Positions 10,443-21,532 of a stretch of 64,000 nt of DNA are shown here, one piece after another. Origin of the DNA: an uncultured delta proteobacterium. Lineage in GTDB: Bacteria; Desulfobacterota; Desulfobacteria; Desulfobacterales; JAHEIW01. Positions within the stretch are counted from its first letter, which is position 1, and every line of letters begins with the position of its first letter. The DNA lies in the NCBI GenBank assembly GCA_963706575.1, contig CAVPNL010000006.1:768001-832000 (forward strand). Direction: 5' to 3'. Position numbers and translations under genes: made by a program. The notes under the pieces are model-generated. The model had not been told where the DNA came from, ran no database searches, and saw only the letters and a program-made list of their open reading frames with translations.

Positions 10443-11945
10443 ATGCTGCAACCCTCATCCACTCAACCGATCACTGTCGTTTTGGTTGCTTTGTATAAGT
10501 ATCAAAACTTTTCTATCCGGACGATGCACACCGTGTTGGAAAATATTGAAGGTGTTCATCCGCATACCATTTTTTTTAAGAATCATTATACCAATGACAT
10601 CAGATATCCCACCGCGAAAGAGGAAGAGCTGTTTGCTGAAAAAATCAGGGAGATCAACCCGCACATTGTGGGTTTGAGTGTCCTCTCACCCTATGTTTCT
10701 ATTGCAAAACGGCTGAGCCAGATCATCAAAAACCACTCAGCGGCTTCTGTCATCTGGGGCGGCATCCATCCAACCTTATCGCCTGAAACCAGCATCGAAG
10801 AAGCAGACATGATATGCTTGGGTGAAGGCGAGGGCCCTCTGACAGATCTGGTGCAATTATTGAAAGACGGCAAAGACTATCAACATATTGAAAATCTATG
10901 GTCAAAGAATAACGGGCGCATCACAAAGAATCCGATGCGGCCTTTAAACCAGGAGTTGGATTCCATTCCGTTCCCGGCATACGTCAGAGATTCGTTCTAC
11001 TTCATCGGGTCCAATCAGATTATTCAAAATGATCCTACGATCCTGGAGCCTATTTTGGCAATCATGCCGGCGCGAGGGTGTCCGTTCAGGTGTAGCTATT
11101 GTGTGAATAGCTTACTGCGACCTATGTATAAAAATATGGGGCACTTCAATCGCCGACGGTCGGTTCCCAATGTGATCGCCGAATTGAAGGAAAGTTTGGC
11201 AATTCCAGGAAACCGGAAAGAAATTGTTGAGTTCCATGATGAAAATTTTGGGATAGATGAATCCTGGTTGAGTGAGTTTGAATCGCTCTACCCCAAAGAG
11301 ATCGGATTGCCCTTTAAGGTTCAGTATAACCCAACCCTGGTAAAATCGTCGACGATTGGCCGATTGGTAAATTGCGGCCTTCACCGGGCCAAATTCGGCA
11401 TCGAAGCCGGGACGGATCAGATCAGAAATCAGATATTCAAGCGGCCGGGCAAAAACAGCGAAATCATCAAACTCGCCCATGAAATCGCCAATTACGACAT
11501 TAAAATCCGTTATGATTTAATTTTGGATATTCCTTATGACACGGAAGACACCCTGAAAGAGACCATTGGTCTTCTGCTGGAATTACCAAAGCCATTGCAT
11601 TTTAATTTGTATTCTCTTCAATATTTTCCGTATTATCCTTTAACCCAAAAGGCATTAACGGACGGACACATTAAGGAAGAGGAGGCAAGCGTTGACACGC
11701 TGGCGCAGCGATTATTTCGAACCTGGGGGTTTGCACCCAAGTTGTTTCCGTTAACCAAAAGACAGATGCTGCAAAATATTATCTGGTTAATTGCTTTTGG
11801 ACACACCAGCGATGGGATTGTTAAAGATGCCGTCTTTGCGGACTCTCTGGTTGCTAAAATTAAGTTTGTCTATTTAAATTTGAAATCGGTGTTTTGGGGC
11901 AAAATACGCGAGATTAAAAGAGTGATGAACAAAAAGATAGCTTAA
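10443..11945 (+). CDS. Cobalamin-binding radical SAM protein (class B methyltransferase-like)
   Basis: N-terminal B12-binding features (VGLS...WGGIHPT...GEGE), RGCPFRCSYC CxxxCxxC motif, FHDENF, FGIEAG. Confidence 0.9.
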   Translation: MLQPSSTQPITVVLVALYKYQNFSIRTMHTVLENIEGVHPHTIFFKNHYTNDIRYPTAKEEELFAEKIREINPHIVGLSVLSPYVSIAKRLSQIIKNHSAASVIWGGIHPTLSPETSIEEADMICLGEGEGPLTDLVQLLKDGKDYQHIENLWSKNNGRITKNPMRPLNQELDSIPFPAYVRDSFYFIGSNQIIQNDPTILEPILAIMPARGCPFRCSYCVNSLLRPMYKNMGHFNRRRSVPNVIAELKESLAIPGNRKEIVEFHDENFGIDESWLSEFESLYPKEIGLPFKVQYNPTLVKSSTIGRLVNCGLHRAKFGIEAGTDQIRNQIFKRPGKNSEIIKLAHEIANYDIKIRYDLILDIPYDTEDTLKETIGLLLELPKPLHFNLYSLQYFPYYPLTQKALTDGHIKEEEASVDTLAQRLFRTWGFAPKLFPLTKRQMLQNIIWLIAFGHTSDGIVKDAVFADSLVAKIKFVYLNLKSVFWGKIREIKRVMNKKIA

Positions 11946-12118
11946 CTGGAACCCCTGATCTCAAGGACCCATCATCCTCCTTAACATTACCGCGGATCAA
12001 ATTGAGGCGAGAAGTAAAATCCCGGTGCTTGCCAATCAACGCATTATTCGGTATAAAAACAGAAGCGCTTTTTTCTATCCGCGCCTGCAAGTTGTGTCGG
12101 TGATAAGCATTTAGGGTA

Positions 12119-12230
12119 CTATACCGCTTTTCATCATAATGTTCCGAAATGCGGAATTGCGGTATAAACGGGTGTACGGTTGTAAAAAAAATGTTTAAAT
12201 ACCGCTTCGTTTTTTTTAACAATCACTACA
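12119..12230 (-). repeat. Right arm of ~110-bp inverted repeat flanking the radical SAM gene
   Basis: Inverted copy of 10234-10344. Confidence 0.85.
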
Positions 12231-12279
12231 AAACCGACTCATGTCTGGTATGAACACTTCAAAGAAAAGAGAGGTTGCC

Positions 12280-12902
12280 ATGAAAACAAAGGTGATCATC
12301 GCTATGGCTGTGCTTCTTTTATTGGCCCCCGGTTTGACTCTGGCGGAAGCCCCCAGTCAGGTTGGCGGCTTTGTGCTCAACCAAAATATTAAAAAGTTTG
12401 AAGACCGGGTGATCATGGATACCGCTCTTCCGGTTCGCTATGCGGAAAATATTGAAGAAGTCGAAATCAAGTTTACCCAGGGCTTTAAAAGCGGATTGAT
12501 TTCCTATGGAACCTGCGCCAGATCGGGCAATATTTTCAGGATTAAGCTCAAATACGCGGATTCGAGCAAAAAGTTTTATAAAGATTTGCTCAAACGATTT
12601 AAAAAGCAATTTGGTGAACCCGCTGAGTACCGGGGAGATCCCTTTCAAATCGTGGATTGCCTGGAAATGGTCTTTTGTCGACCAGCAGAACCACCGTATC
12701 AGCCTCATCCTGCAGCACAACTCAAAGGATGAGGAGGAAAAAATGGGCAATTCGGTTAAAATTACCAGATACGACCCTGATTGAAGAAGATCTTTTGTGT
12801 TATAAAAACAGGAAACTCGACTATCGGGAAAGACTTCGACAGCGAGAATGGAAAGCCGTCAAGCCCGAAACGAGCGGCTGGGAGCTTTTCGTACCGCGCT
12901 AG
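12280..12902 (+). CDS. Secreted hypothetical protein, split by two apparent frameshifts (~12654, ~12768)
   Basis: GAGG RBS, signal peptide MKTKVIIAMAVLLLLAPGLTLA; three overlapping ORFs read as one continuous protein. Confidence 0.6.
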
Positions 12903-12909
12903 CGGATTA

Positions 12910-13797
12910 ATGATGTCGCGGAATCAATGGAAAGAAATCGCCTGGTACGGCGTTCGCTTCAAAATTCCGGCAGATTGGCAGCTGGGTCAGATTGGCACCC
13001 GCCACCTTTTAATCGAGGACCAATTCGGTCCGACAATGGAGATCAAATGGACCCCGGTTAAAGGCAAATTTTCCCATCAGGCCCATCTCAAACGATTGGC
13101 ATCTCTTCAAAAAAAGCAGGTTGGAAAATCGTTTAAAGCTGAACCGGTTTCTGCTGAATGGGAAACGGCTTTGAGCCATTTCGAAGCCAGTGAATTTTCC
13201 TGGAAATCGGATTCAACCCATGGTAGAGGCGTAATCTTGTTTTGCCCGACCTGCCACAATGCCAGTCTGATTCAATTTTTTCATAAATCCCCCCGCAAAA
13301 TCGACTTGGTCACATCGAATATTTTAAATTCGTTTCGTGATCACCGCAGCGACGACCAGATTCTGTGGTCTGCTTATGACATCCGGGCCCTGGTGCCCGA
13401 GACCTTTGAATTGAAGCACCACCGATTTGAAGCCGGCCGATATGAGCTTGATTTTGCGGACCGCGGCCAGCATATTATTTTGTATCGTTGGGCACCCGCT
13501 TCCGTTTTGCTGAGCAAGCAGGACCTGGTGCAGTTTACCAGATCCGTTGCCAATTTCAGTAAAACAGAACCGGTTGCCGGAAAAATGAATGGATGTGATA
13601 CGGTGGAATGGAGTGTTTCCCCGGCAAGCGACTGGGGGCGGTGGATGAGCCGTTTCTTAGGAAAAGCCTCATATTATTGGCTGGGAATCTGGCATCTGGA
13701 AGGCAAGAACCGTATCCTGGGAGTCCGTGCTGAAGGCAAAAAACCCCTCGACACCGAATTGCTGGACCGTATTTGTAACCATTATGAGAGTATTTAA
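12910..13797 (+). CDS. Hypothetical protein (Trp-rich, with apparent internal duplication)
   Basis: Long ORF; WYGVRFKIPADWQL and WSAYDIRALVPETFEL resemble each other; overlaps the PqqD gene. Confidence 0.65.
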   Translation: MMSRNQWKEIAWYGVRFKIPADWQLGQIGTRHLLIEDQFGPTMEIKWTPVKGKFSHQAHLKRLASLQKKQVGKSFKAEPVSAEWETALSHFEASEFSWKSDSTHGRGVILFCPTCHNASLIQFFHKSPRKIDLVTSNILNSFRDHRSDDQILWSAYDIRALVPETFELKHHRFEAGRYELDFADRGQHIILYRWAPASVLLSKQDLVQFTRSVANFSKTEPVAGKMNGCDTVEWSVSPASDWGRWMSRFLGKASYYWLGIWHLEGKNRILGVRAEGKKPLDTELLDRICNHYESI

Positions 13798-14167
13798 GAA
13801 AAAGCCGAAGGGCCCGTCAGTCAGCCGGGCGGAAGCATTGGACCGCATTCCGGTTAAAAACCGCCAAATTTCCGAAAACCAATTGGAAACCGGAGAGATC
13901 GTTATTAGCTATCCGGTAACTGTGCGGCCCTTTTTTGCAGGCCTGGCTAAGCGTTTCGGCGGCCAGGAAGCCCAGACACAGATGAAAAAGCTTGAGCTTG
14001 ACGAGTTGGGGACTTCGGTGTGGAATCTGATGGATGGAAACCGTTCTGTGCGACAACTGGTTAAAATGTTTGCCGAAACGCATCAGCTGGAAACCAGGGA
14101 GGCTGAGGTGTCGGTAACTCAATTTATACGGGAGCTTGGCAAGCGCGGCTTGATCGCAATGAGGTAA
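13784..14167 (+). CDS. PqqD-family / RiPP recognition element (RRE) protein
   Basis: LELDELGTSVWNLMDGNRSVRQLVKMFAE...EAEVSVTQFIRELGKRGLI matches the PqqD pattern. Confidence 0.85.
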   Translation: MRVFKKKPKGPSVSRAEALDRIPVKNRQISENQLETGEIVISYPVTVRPFFAGLAKRFGGQEAQTQMKKLELDELGTSVWNLMDGNRSVRQLVKMFAETHQLETREAEVSVTQFIRELGKRGLIAMR

Positions 14168-14222
14168 ATCTACCCGGCTTGCGTATCGGGCCGCAGGATG
14201 TTAACAGACAGGAGGTAGGATC

Positions 14223-14555
14223 TTAAAACGCCTGTAAGGCGTCATCCTTGGTGCCGACGATCGGCAGGAAAGAATCAAATCCGGCGATTTCAAAAACTTC
14301 CTTTACATAATCCTGCATATCGCACAACATCATCTTGCCTTCTTCGCGTTTGAGCGCTTTGGTTGCTTTGAGAATAACCCGCAAACCGGCGCTTGAAATA
14401 TAATCAAGATCTTTAAAATCAATAATCATACTTTTAGAACCGTCGTCGATTGCTTGAAAAATTTTCTTCTCGAACCCCTGGGATGTGTTGGAATCGAGGC
14501 GGCCGTTGAGTTTAAAAATGTTGATTCCGCTCTTGATTTCTTCAATGATTTCCAT
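14223..14555 (-). CDS. STAS-domain anti-anti-sigma factor (RsbV/SpoIIAA-like)
   Basis: GRLD...DLDYISSAGLRVIL...VKEVFEIAGF with the phosphorylatable Ser. Confidence 0.9.
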   Translation of the reverse strand: MEIIEEIKSGINIFKLNGRLDSNTSQGFEKKIFQAIDDGSKSMIIDFKDLDYISSAGLRVILKATKALKREEGKMMLCDMQDYVKEVFEIAGFDSFLPIVGTKDDALQAF

Positions 14556-14614
14556 TTACTCTCCTCCCTGCTAACTAATCCTAAAATGAGTGTTTCAAAT
14601 TTTGAAAAATGGGG

Positions 14615-15067
14615 TCAGCCTTTCGCCCGCTCTTTAGCAGGTTCAGCTTCCTTGATATTTTTTTTAAGCGTTAAAATATTTTTTTTCTTGCACCGCTGAT
14701 AACAAACTTCATCCATCAGGTTTTTGGCCAGATGGATCCCCAGGCCGCCAATTTTGCATTCTTCAATGGTACATTCCAGATCCGGTGTGTCAACTTCAGT
14801 GGGATTGAAAGGCAGGCCGTCATCTTCAATATGGAAAATCAGTTTGTTATTCTTATGTGAAATCGTAATTTCAATGGTGTGTTCTTTATTATCTTTGAAT
14901 CCGTAAGAAATGATGTTCGTAAACAGCTCGTCAAGGGCCAGGTTGGCTTCAAATATGCATTTTTTGGACAGTCCGAGGGATTGCCCGAACCGTTCCAGGT
15001 GCTGGCACAGGGTATCTAGCTCGGATAACTTACTTTTGAGTTTAAATGAAACTTTGTTTTTTGCCAT
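14615..15067 (-). CDS. Anti-sigma factor Ser/Thr kinase (RsbW-like, HATPase_c_2)
   Basis: LALDELFTNIISYG, IEDDGLPFNP, GGLGIHL. Confidence 0.9.
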   Translation of the reverse strand: MAKNKVSFKLKSKLSELDTLCQHLERFGQSLGLSKKCIFEANLALDELFTNIISYGFKDNKEHTIEITISHKNNKLIFHIEDDGLPFNPTEVDTPDLECTIEECKIGGLGIHLAKNLMDEVCYQRCKKKNILTLKKNIKEAEPAKERAKG

Positions 15068-15155
15068 GACGGTATAACCTATGGGTCCTCCTTGCGGAGC
15101 GTCCCTCATTGTAGCGCAAAAGAACCGATCTTGAAAACAATTTTTTTCTTGCGGG

Positions 15156-15680
15156 TCAAATCAGGCTGACACCGAGGTTTGCCATACATTCTCCGCACAT
15201 GTCGGCACGGTCGGCTAAAAAACGCTCCTCCCAGGAATCGATATTTTTGGCCACCGCTTTGAAGATCAGGGGCATGATGTTTGGAAACTGTTCGATGGCT
15301 TTTGTGAATCTTTCCCGCTCCAGTATCAGGCAGACCGTGTCCTCCACCGCCCTCAGAGAAAAAAGGCGGCGCACCTCGCCCAGTAGCGTCAGGCCGCCGA
15401 TAAACTCACCGATATGGCAGTCTCTAATTTCTTTGGTGCTTTCGTTATCCTCGCGCTCCAGTGTGGCTTTTCCATTGATGATGTAAAACGCCCGTCCATC
15501 TTCTTCATGCTGCTTAAAGATATACTCATCCTTTTTAAATTTTTCTCTGGTGCAAAGATAAGCAAAAACTTTCAGCGTTTCAAGGGGCAGCCCGGAGAAA
15601 AAGTAGGTTTGCCTCAAGATCTCCAGGTTCTCTTCCAATTCGCTGGACGGGTTGGCATCATTTCTTTCCGACGAGTTCAT
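15156..15680 (-). CDS. Cyclic-nucleotide-binding domain protein
   Basis: FFSGLP...IFKQHE...FYIINGK...GEFIG...RLFSLRAVED; no HTH. Confidence 0.85.
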   Translation of the reverse strand: MNSSERNDANPSSELEENLEILRQTYFFSGLPLETLKVFAYLCTREKFKKDEYIFKQHEEDGRAFYIINGKATLEREDNESTKEIRDCHIGEFIGGLTLLGEVRRLFSLRAVEDTVCLILERERFTKAIEQFPNIMPLIFKAVAKNIDSWEERFLADRADMCGECMANLGVSLI

Positions 15681-18168
15681 ATAACATTCCTTTCCGGGCT
15701 ATCAGTTCGTCATAAGTACCGATTTCAACGATTTTACCGGCTTTCATTACGGCCACGCGATCATAATTTTTGATGGTATCCAGGCGGTGCGCAACGGATA
15801 TGACGGTGCTTTTATCCTTCCAGCGCGTTTCGAGCAGGTTCTGTATGCGCGTCTGGGAATGGTTGTCCAGGGCCGATGTGGCCTCATCCATAATCAAAAG
15901 TCTGGGATGCTTCAAAAATATCCGCGCTATGGCCAGTTTTTGCTGCTGGCCGCCGGATAACCTGTCCCCTTTGGTGCCCACCTCGTAATGCATGCCGATT
16001 TCGATGATGGTCTCCAGCAGATCCTCTTCTATCAGCAACTGAATGATGCTCTGGTTGATCTTCTCCTGGGCCTGGGGGTTGACGGTTGTGGTTTTGCCGA
16101 AAAAGATATTGTTTAAGATGGTCTGAGAATAAATGTATTCCGATACATCGTAGAATGTAATCGCCTCCGGGGAATCAGTTGAGATCTTTTGGCGGAACAT
16201 GGCGCGGCCCTCTAGAATTAAATTTTCCAATATGGCCGGCAGGGCTACCATTTTGTGGATTCCCGGCACAAACCGCATGGCCAGTTGAAGCAGTTTTTCA
16301 TGATTTTCAGCTGAAAGCTCATGCAACTTCTTGCGCTTCAAGCGTTCCACTAATATTTTAAATTCGTCCAGTTCCTCCGGGCTGATGGGACTCTGTTCGA
16401 AAAATACGGCATCCGGCGGGAGATTGCCGATGATATCTACCGTTTGCCGGGCCAATTCAGAACCCAGGCTAAGCAGGGGGCGGGTGAGGTCCGCCTGTTT
16501 TAAAAAGTCAAGAAAATATTGATTATTACATAGATTGGCATCCATAAAATCATTTTTGTTGGGGGCGCCGAAAATCAAATTTTCGGCGACACTGGAGTAA
16601 AATAAATACTGATTTTCATCGAAAAATTCAACGTAATCGGACAGATCTTCTCCAAAATCCCGCTGAAAATTTTCGCGAATCTTTATAATAATGTTGACCA
16701 GTTCTTTGTGTTGGTCATGGACCAGTATGGTGTTCAGGCCAAATCGCAACACATCCACAAATATACCGGTCTGATGAAGCACTGCTATAACATCGTCGAG
16801 GGAAGGCTGCCCATCGGTTCCCTGATCGGTTCCATCGGATCTGGCCCGACAGGCGTAAAGCAGGTTTTCTTCAATGGTGCCTTCAAAGATAAACGGACGC
16901 TGGGCGACAAAGCCCATATTGCGGACCATGTCTTTTTTGGTCAGGTCGGAAACTTCCTTATCTCCGATTAAAACGTGCCCGCCGGTATACTTATAGAGCT
17001 GCCCGATACACAAAGCCAGGGTGCTTTTGCCGCTGCCGGAAAACCCGACGAGTGCGAGAAGCTCTCCCGGATTGAGGGATAGGCTGATGCCATCCAACAA
17101 ACGGATGCCGCTGTCGGTGACAAAAGACAGGTCCTTTACATCGAGGCTGGGCTCCAGATCGTAGGGTGCGCGGTCTTAAGGCTCGATGACATGATCCGGT
17201 TCCAAATCAAAAAATTCCATCGTACGTCTATAGGTCACCGAACCGTCCTGGTAAACCTGATAAAATTCGATCAGTTCTTTCCAGGGGTCATAAAGTTTTT
17301 CCTGGGCCGATAAAAAGGCCACCAGCGCACCCAGTTCCAGCTGGCCCTTTATGGTCAGATAACCGCCGAGGATGAAAACGATAAAGGGCCCCAGGCTGAC
17401 AAAAAGGCCGTTGGATGTTTTGACGGCGAAGCGGTACAGACTCCATACAACCCTGATTTTCTCTAACCGGTTTACCAGGCGGTCGTATTTTTTATTTTCG
17501 ATCCGGTAGGCGCCGTTACCGTGGATCTCGTGAATACCGGTAATGGACTCGGCGATACGGCTGGATAATATTCGAGCACCATCGACGCGCTTTTTGTTGG
17601 CACGGTTCACTCCTTTTTGAAGCATCGGCACCAGGAAAGCGACAAAGGGGTAAATGCTAAGGGACACTGCTGCCAGCAGGGGATTTAACCAGAACAGATA
17701 GACGGCAAAAGCCAGCAGTGTCAGCACATTGGTTACCGGAGCAGAAACCGCCATGCCGATGAAATTCCCCGGCATGGACAGCTCGCTGACGAGGGAGTTG
17801 ACCACCGAACCGGGTTGCGTATTTCTGAAAAAGCCCAGCGGCAGGGTCAGAATATGATGATAAAGTTCTTTGCGCATTTTACCTGTGGCGCGCTGGGCAA
17901 GAATGGTTTGAATGATGTTGGTCAGGTATTTGAGTATGCTGAAAAAAACAACAGAGGCCAGATAAATACCGCAGTATCGTAACAGTAAGTCTATATTTCT
18001 TAAATTGATGGCCTCATTGACAATGCGCTTTTGCATTTCCAGCGGCACCACTCTGGCAAAAACCATTATGGCAATGACCAATAAGAGCGAAAGCTGCAGT
18101 TTAGCATTGCCGGCAAATACCCAGGAAAAAAGCGATCGTTTGACCACGGGTATATCAGCTTTTTTCAT
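15658..18168 (-). pseudogene. Fused ABC exporter (TMD + ATPase with large insertion), interrupted by one in-frame TAA at 17176-17178
   Basis: TMD ORF 17176-18168 and ATPase ORF 15658-17100 share a frame (..VIEP*DRAPYDLEPSLDVKDLSFV..); GFSGSGKST, LSGGQQQK, MDEATSALD. Confidence 0.75.
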
Positions 18169-18351
18169 ATCAAAGCTCCTTTAAACCAGGTTTAAGGATA
18201 GTATTCGTACAATAATATTGAATTTTTCGCGGATTGGAACGCTGCAAATTATTACTATTAAACCCGGCCCTTTGACAAGCAGAAATTCTTGAAAGGCGCC
18301 TCACGGGTTCTAACGGCTTAAATTTTGTGTGTTTACAGCTTCTGATTTGTT

Positions 18352-18381
18352 TTGACAAAATAGACCGCAACGGACTATATA
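18352..18381 (+). promoter_or_regulatory. Putative sigma70 promoter
   Basis: TTGACA-18 nt-TATATA upstream of DUF2065/queA. Confidence 0.4.
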
Positions 18382-18447
18382 AATAAGTTTAATTCGATAA
18401 TAGAGCGATATAAATCTTATGCGGGGAGGATTGGGACTTAAAAGCCA

Positions 18448-18633
18448 ATGGAATTTTTTTTATGTGTGATCGGAATGGTAATGATTGTTGAGGGGCTGCC
18501 GTATTTTGCTTTTCCCAATAAGATGAAAACCTGGGTGGGAAAAATTATCGTATCTCCGGATAGCTCTTTAAGAAGATTTGGACTGGTGCTGATGGTGCTG
18601 GGTTTGTCCTTGGTTTATCTTGGACGGATGTAA
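18448..18633 (+). CDS. DUF2065 family small membrane protein
   Basis: GMVMIVEGLPYFAFP...LRRFGL pattern. Confidence 0.85.
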   Translation: MEFFLCVIGMVMIVEGLPYFAFPNKMKTWVGKIIVSPDSSLRRFGLVLMVLGLSLVYLGRM

Positions 18634-18682
18634 GGCGGTACATTTGATTTTAGATCTTTTAGCAGAAATCAAATCGTTTCAT

Positions 18683-18770
18683 TGGTTTAATTGGTTCGAT
18701 TGGTTTGATTGGTTGAAGGCTATTTCGAAACCAATTGAACCAATTAAACAAATCCAACCAATCAAACAAA
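18683..18770. repeat. 9-nt periodic inverted-repeat element
   Basis: (TTGGTTYRA)n ... (AACCAAT..)n. Confidence 0.75.
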
Positions 18771-18774
18771 AAAT

Positions 18775-19839
18775 ATGTTCTCTTTATCCGATTATAATTA
18801 CGAGCTTCCAGAGGAGCTGATCGCTCAGAAACCGGTTGACCGCAGGGATCAATCCAACCTTCTGATAATGGACCGCCAGGCCGGAGAACTGTCTCATCAT
18901 CGGTTCGATATGCTGGATGATTTCCTGAGGCCGGGAGACGTTCTGGTTATCAACAACACAGCCGTCATTCCGGGGCGGCTGGTGGGCAGAAAAGACAGCG
19001 GTGGTAAAGTCGAAGTTCTGATATGTAATTTTAGCGGCAACGGAAATCTAAAAACCCTACACACCCACCGGGTTTTCGAATGTCTGGTTAAAACGGCCAA
19101 ACCGTTAAAGCCGGGGCGAACACTTTATTTCGATGAAGGACTGGGTGCCGAAGTGATCGAGCGCCGCAATGGGACTTACATCATCCGGTTTTATGCCGAG
19201 GGGGATTTTGAAGCCTTACTTGACCGCATCGGGCAAGTACCCCTTCCGCCTTATATCCGGCGCAGCCCCAAGCTTGATCCGCCGTGCGATGATCGGGCCG
19301 CTTACCAGACCGTTTATGCAACCGAAAAAGGTGCCGTTGCCGCGCCCACCGCCGGGTTGCACTTTACTCCCGAACTTCTTGAAAAACTGAAAGCCAGAGG
19401 AATTGCAATCGTTTCGCTGACATTGCATGTAGGCTATGGAACGTTTTTGCCGGTGCGGGCGAAAGATATTCGCTCTCATCACATGCATGCGGAATCATAT
19501 TCGATTCCCGTACAAGCAGCGGATCAGGTTAATTCAGCCCGCAACGCCGGCCACCGAGTCGTAGCGGTCGGAACCACCTGTGTGCGCACCCTGGAATATG
19601 TTTGCGATTCCGCTGGATATGTGAGGGCCGAAAACGGCTGCTGTGACCTGTTTATCTATCCGGGATATCGGTTTAAGGCTATTGATGCCATGATTACCAA
19701 TTTTCATCTTCCCGAATCCACGCTGCTAATGCTGGTTTCAGCTTTTGCCGGACGTGAAAAAATCATGCACGCCTATCAAGAAGCCATTAAACGAAAGTAC
19801 CGGTTCTACAGCTACGGAGATGCGATGCTCATTCTGTAA
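18775..19839 (+). CDS. queA: S-adenosylmethionine:tRNA ribosyltransferase-isomerase
   Basis: LPEELIAQ, PLPPYI, YQTVYA, AAPTAGLHF, TNFHLPESTL, YRFYSYGDAM. Confidence 0.97.
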   Translation: MFSLSDYNYELPEELIAQKPVDRRDQSNLLIMDRQAGELSHHRFDMLDDFLRPGDVLVINNTAVIPGRLVGRKDSGGKVEVLICNFSGNGNLKTLHTHRVFECLVKTAKPLKPGRTLYFDEGLGAEVIERRNGTYIIRFYAEGDFEALLDRIGQVPLPPYIRRSPKLDPPCDDRAAYQTVYATEKGAVAAPTAGLHFTPELLEKLKARGIAIVSLTLHVGYGTFLPVRAKDIRSHHMHAESYSIPVQAADQVNSARNAGHRVVAVGTTCVRTLEYVCDSAGYVRAENGCCDLFIYPGYRFKAIDAMITNFHLPESTLLMLVSAFAGREKIMHAYQEAIKRKYRFYSYGDAMLIL

Positions 19840-19924
19840 GGTTGGTTGTCCGTTGTCAGTGGTCCCTGGCCACCAAAACCGCCGTGTCAGAAAGCAAGCA
19901 ACTACGGACCACGGACGACTGACT
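19840..19924. repeat. 7-nt periodic inverted-repeat element
   Basis: GTTGTCC-GTTGTCA-GTGGTCC ... CAACTACGGACCACGGACGACTGAC. Confidence 0.6.
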
Positions 19925-19954
19925 GATGATGACCGCTACAAAAAGTTTAACTGA

Positions 19955-21088
<1,134 letters not shown>

Positions 21089-21186
21089 TTTTATTTTGTA
21101 CTAATTTCTGCAAAGAAATTGCTTTGTATCGGAATGGGTGTGATACAAAATAAGAAATATAAAATCTACAAAAAGGAGATTTTATC

Positions 21187-21408
21187 ATGAGACAAAAAGT
21201 TGAGGAAGCCATCAATAAAATCAGGCCCATGCTACAGGCCGATGGCGGGGATGTGGAACTTGTCGACGTTCAGGACGGTGTTGTTACCGTCCGATTACAG
21301 GGGGCCTGCGCGGGCTGTCCCATGTCGCAAATGACGCTGAAAAACGGGATTGAGAAAATACTGAAAAAGGAAATTCCGGAAGTCGTTTCGGTCGAATCGG
21401 CACCCTAA
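21187..21408 (+). CDS. NifU/NfuA C-terminal domain protein
   Basis: IRPMLQADGGDVELV...GACAGCP. Confidence 0.9.
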   Translation: MRQKVEEAINKIRPMLQADGGDVELVDVQDGVVTVRLQGACAGCPMSQMTLKNGIEKILKKEIPEVVSVESAP

Positions 21409-21532
21409 AAAACGCATGGGGCATAGAGTAAAGCGCAAAGGAGCGTTAGAAAATTTTGCAGCTTACCGCTGTTCGCCACTGCTAAAGAAAAAGTTGATAT
21501 TGTAACCTATCCTGCATGTTAAGGAGATTTAG

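Noticed and set aside
18620..18820. ORF with WFNWFDWFDW / PIEPIKQIQPIKQ repeats
   Set aside because: Translation of the 9-nt periodic inverted repeat, overlapping queA
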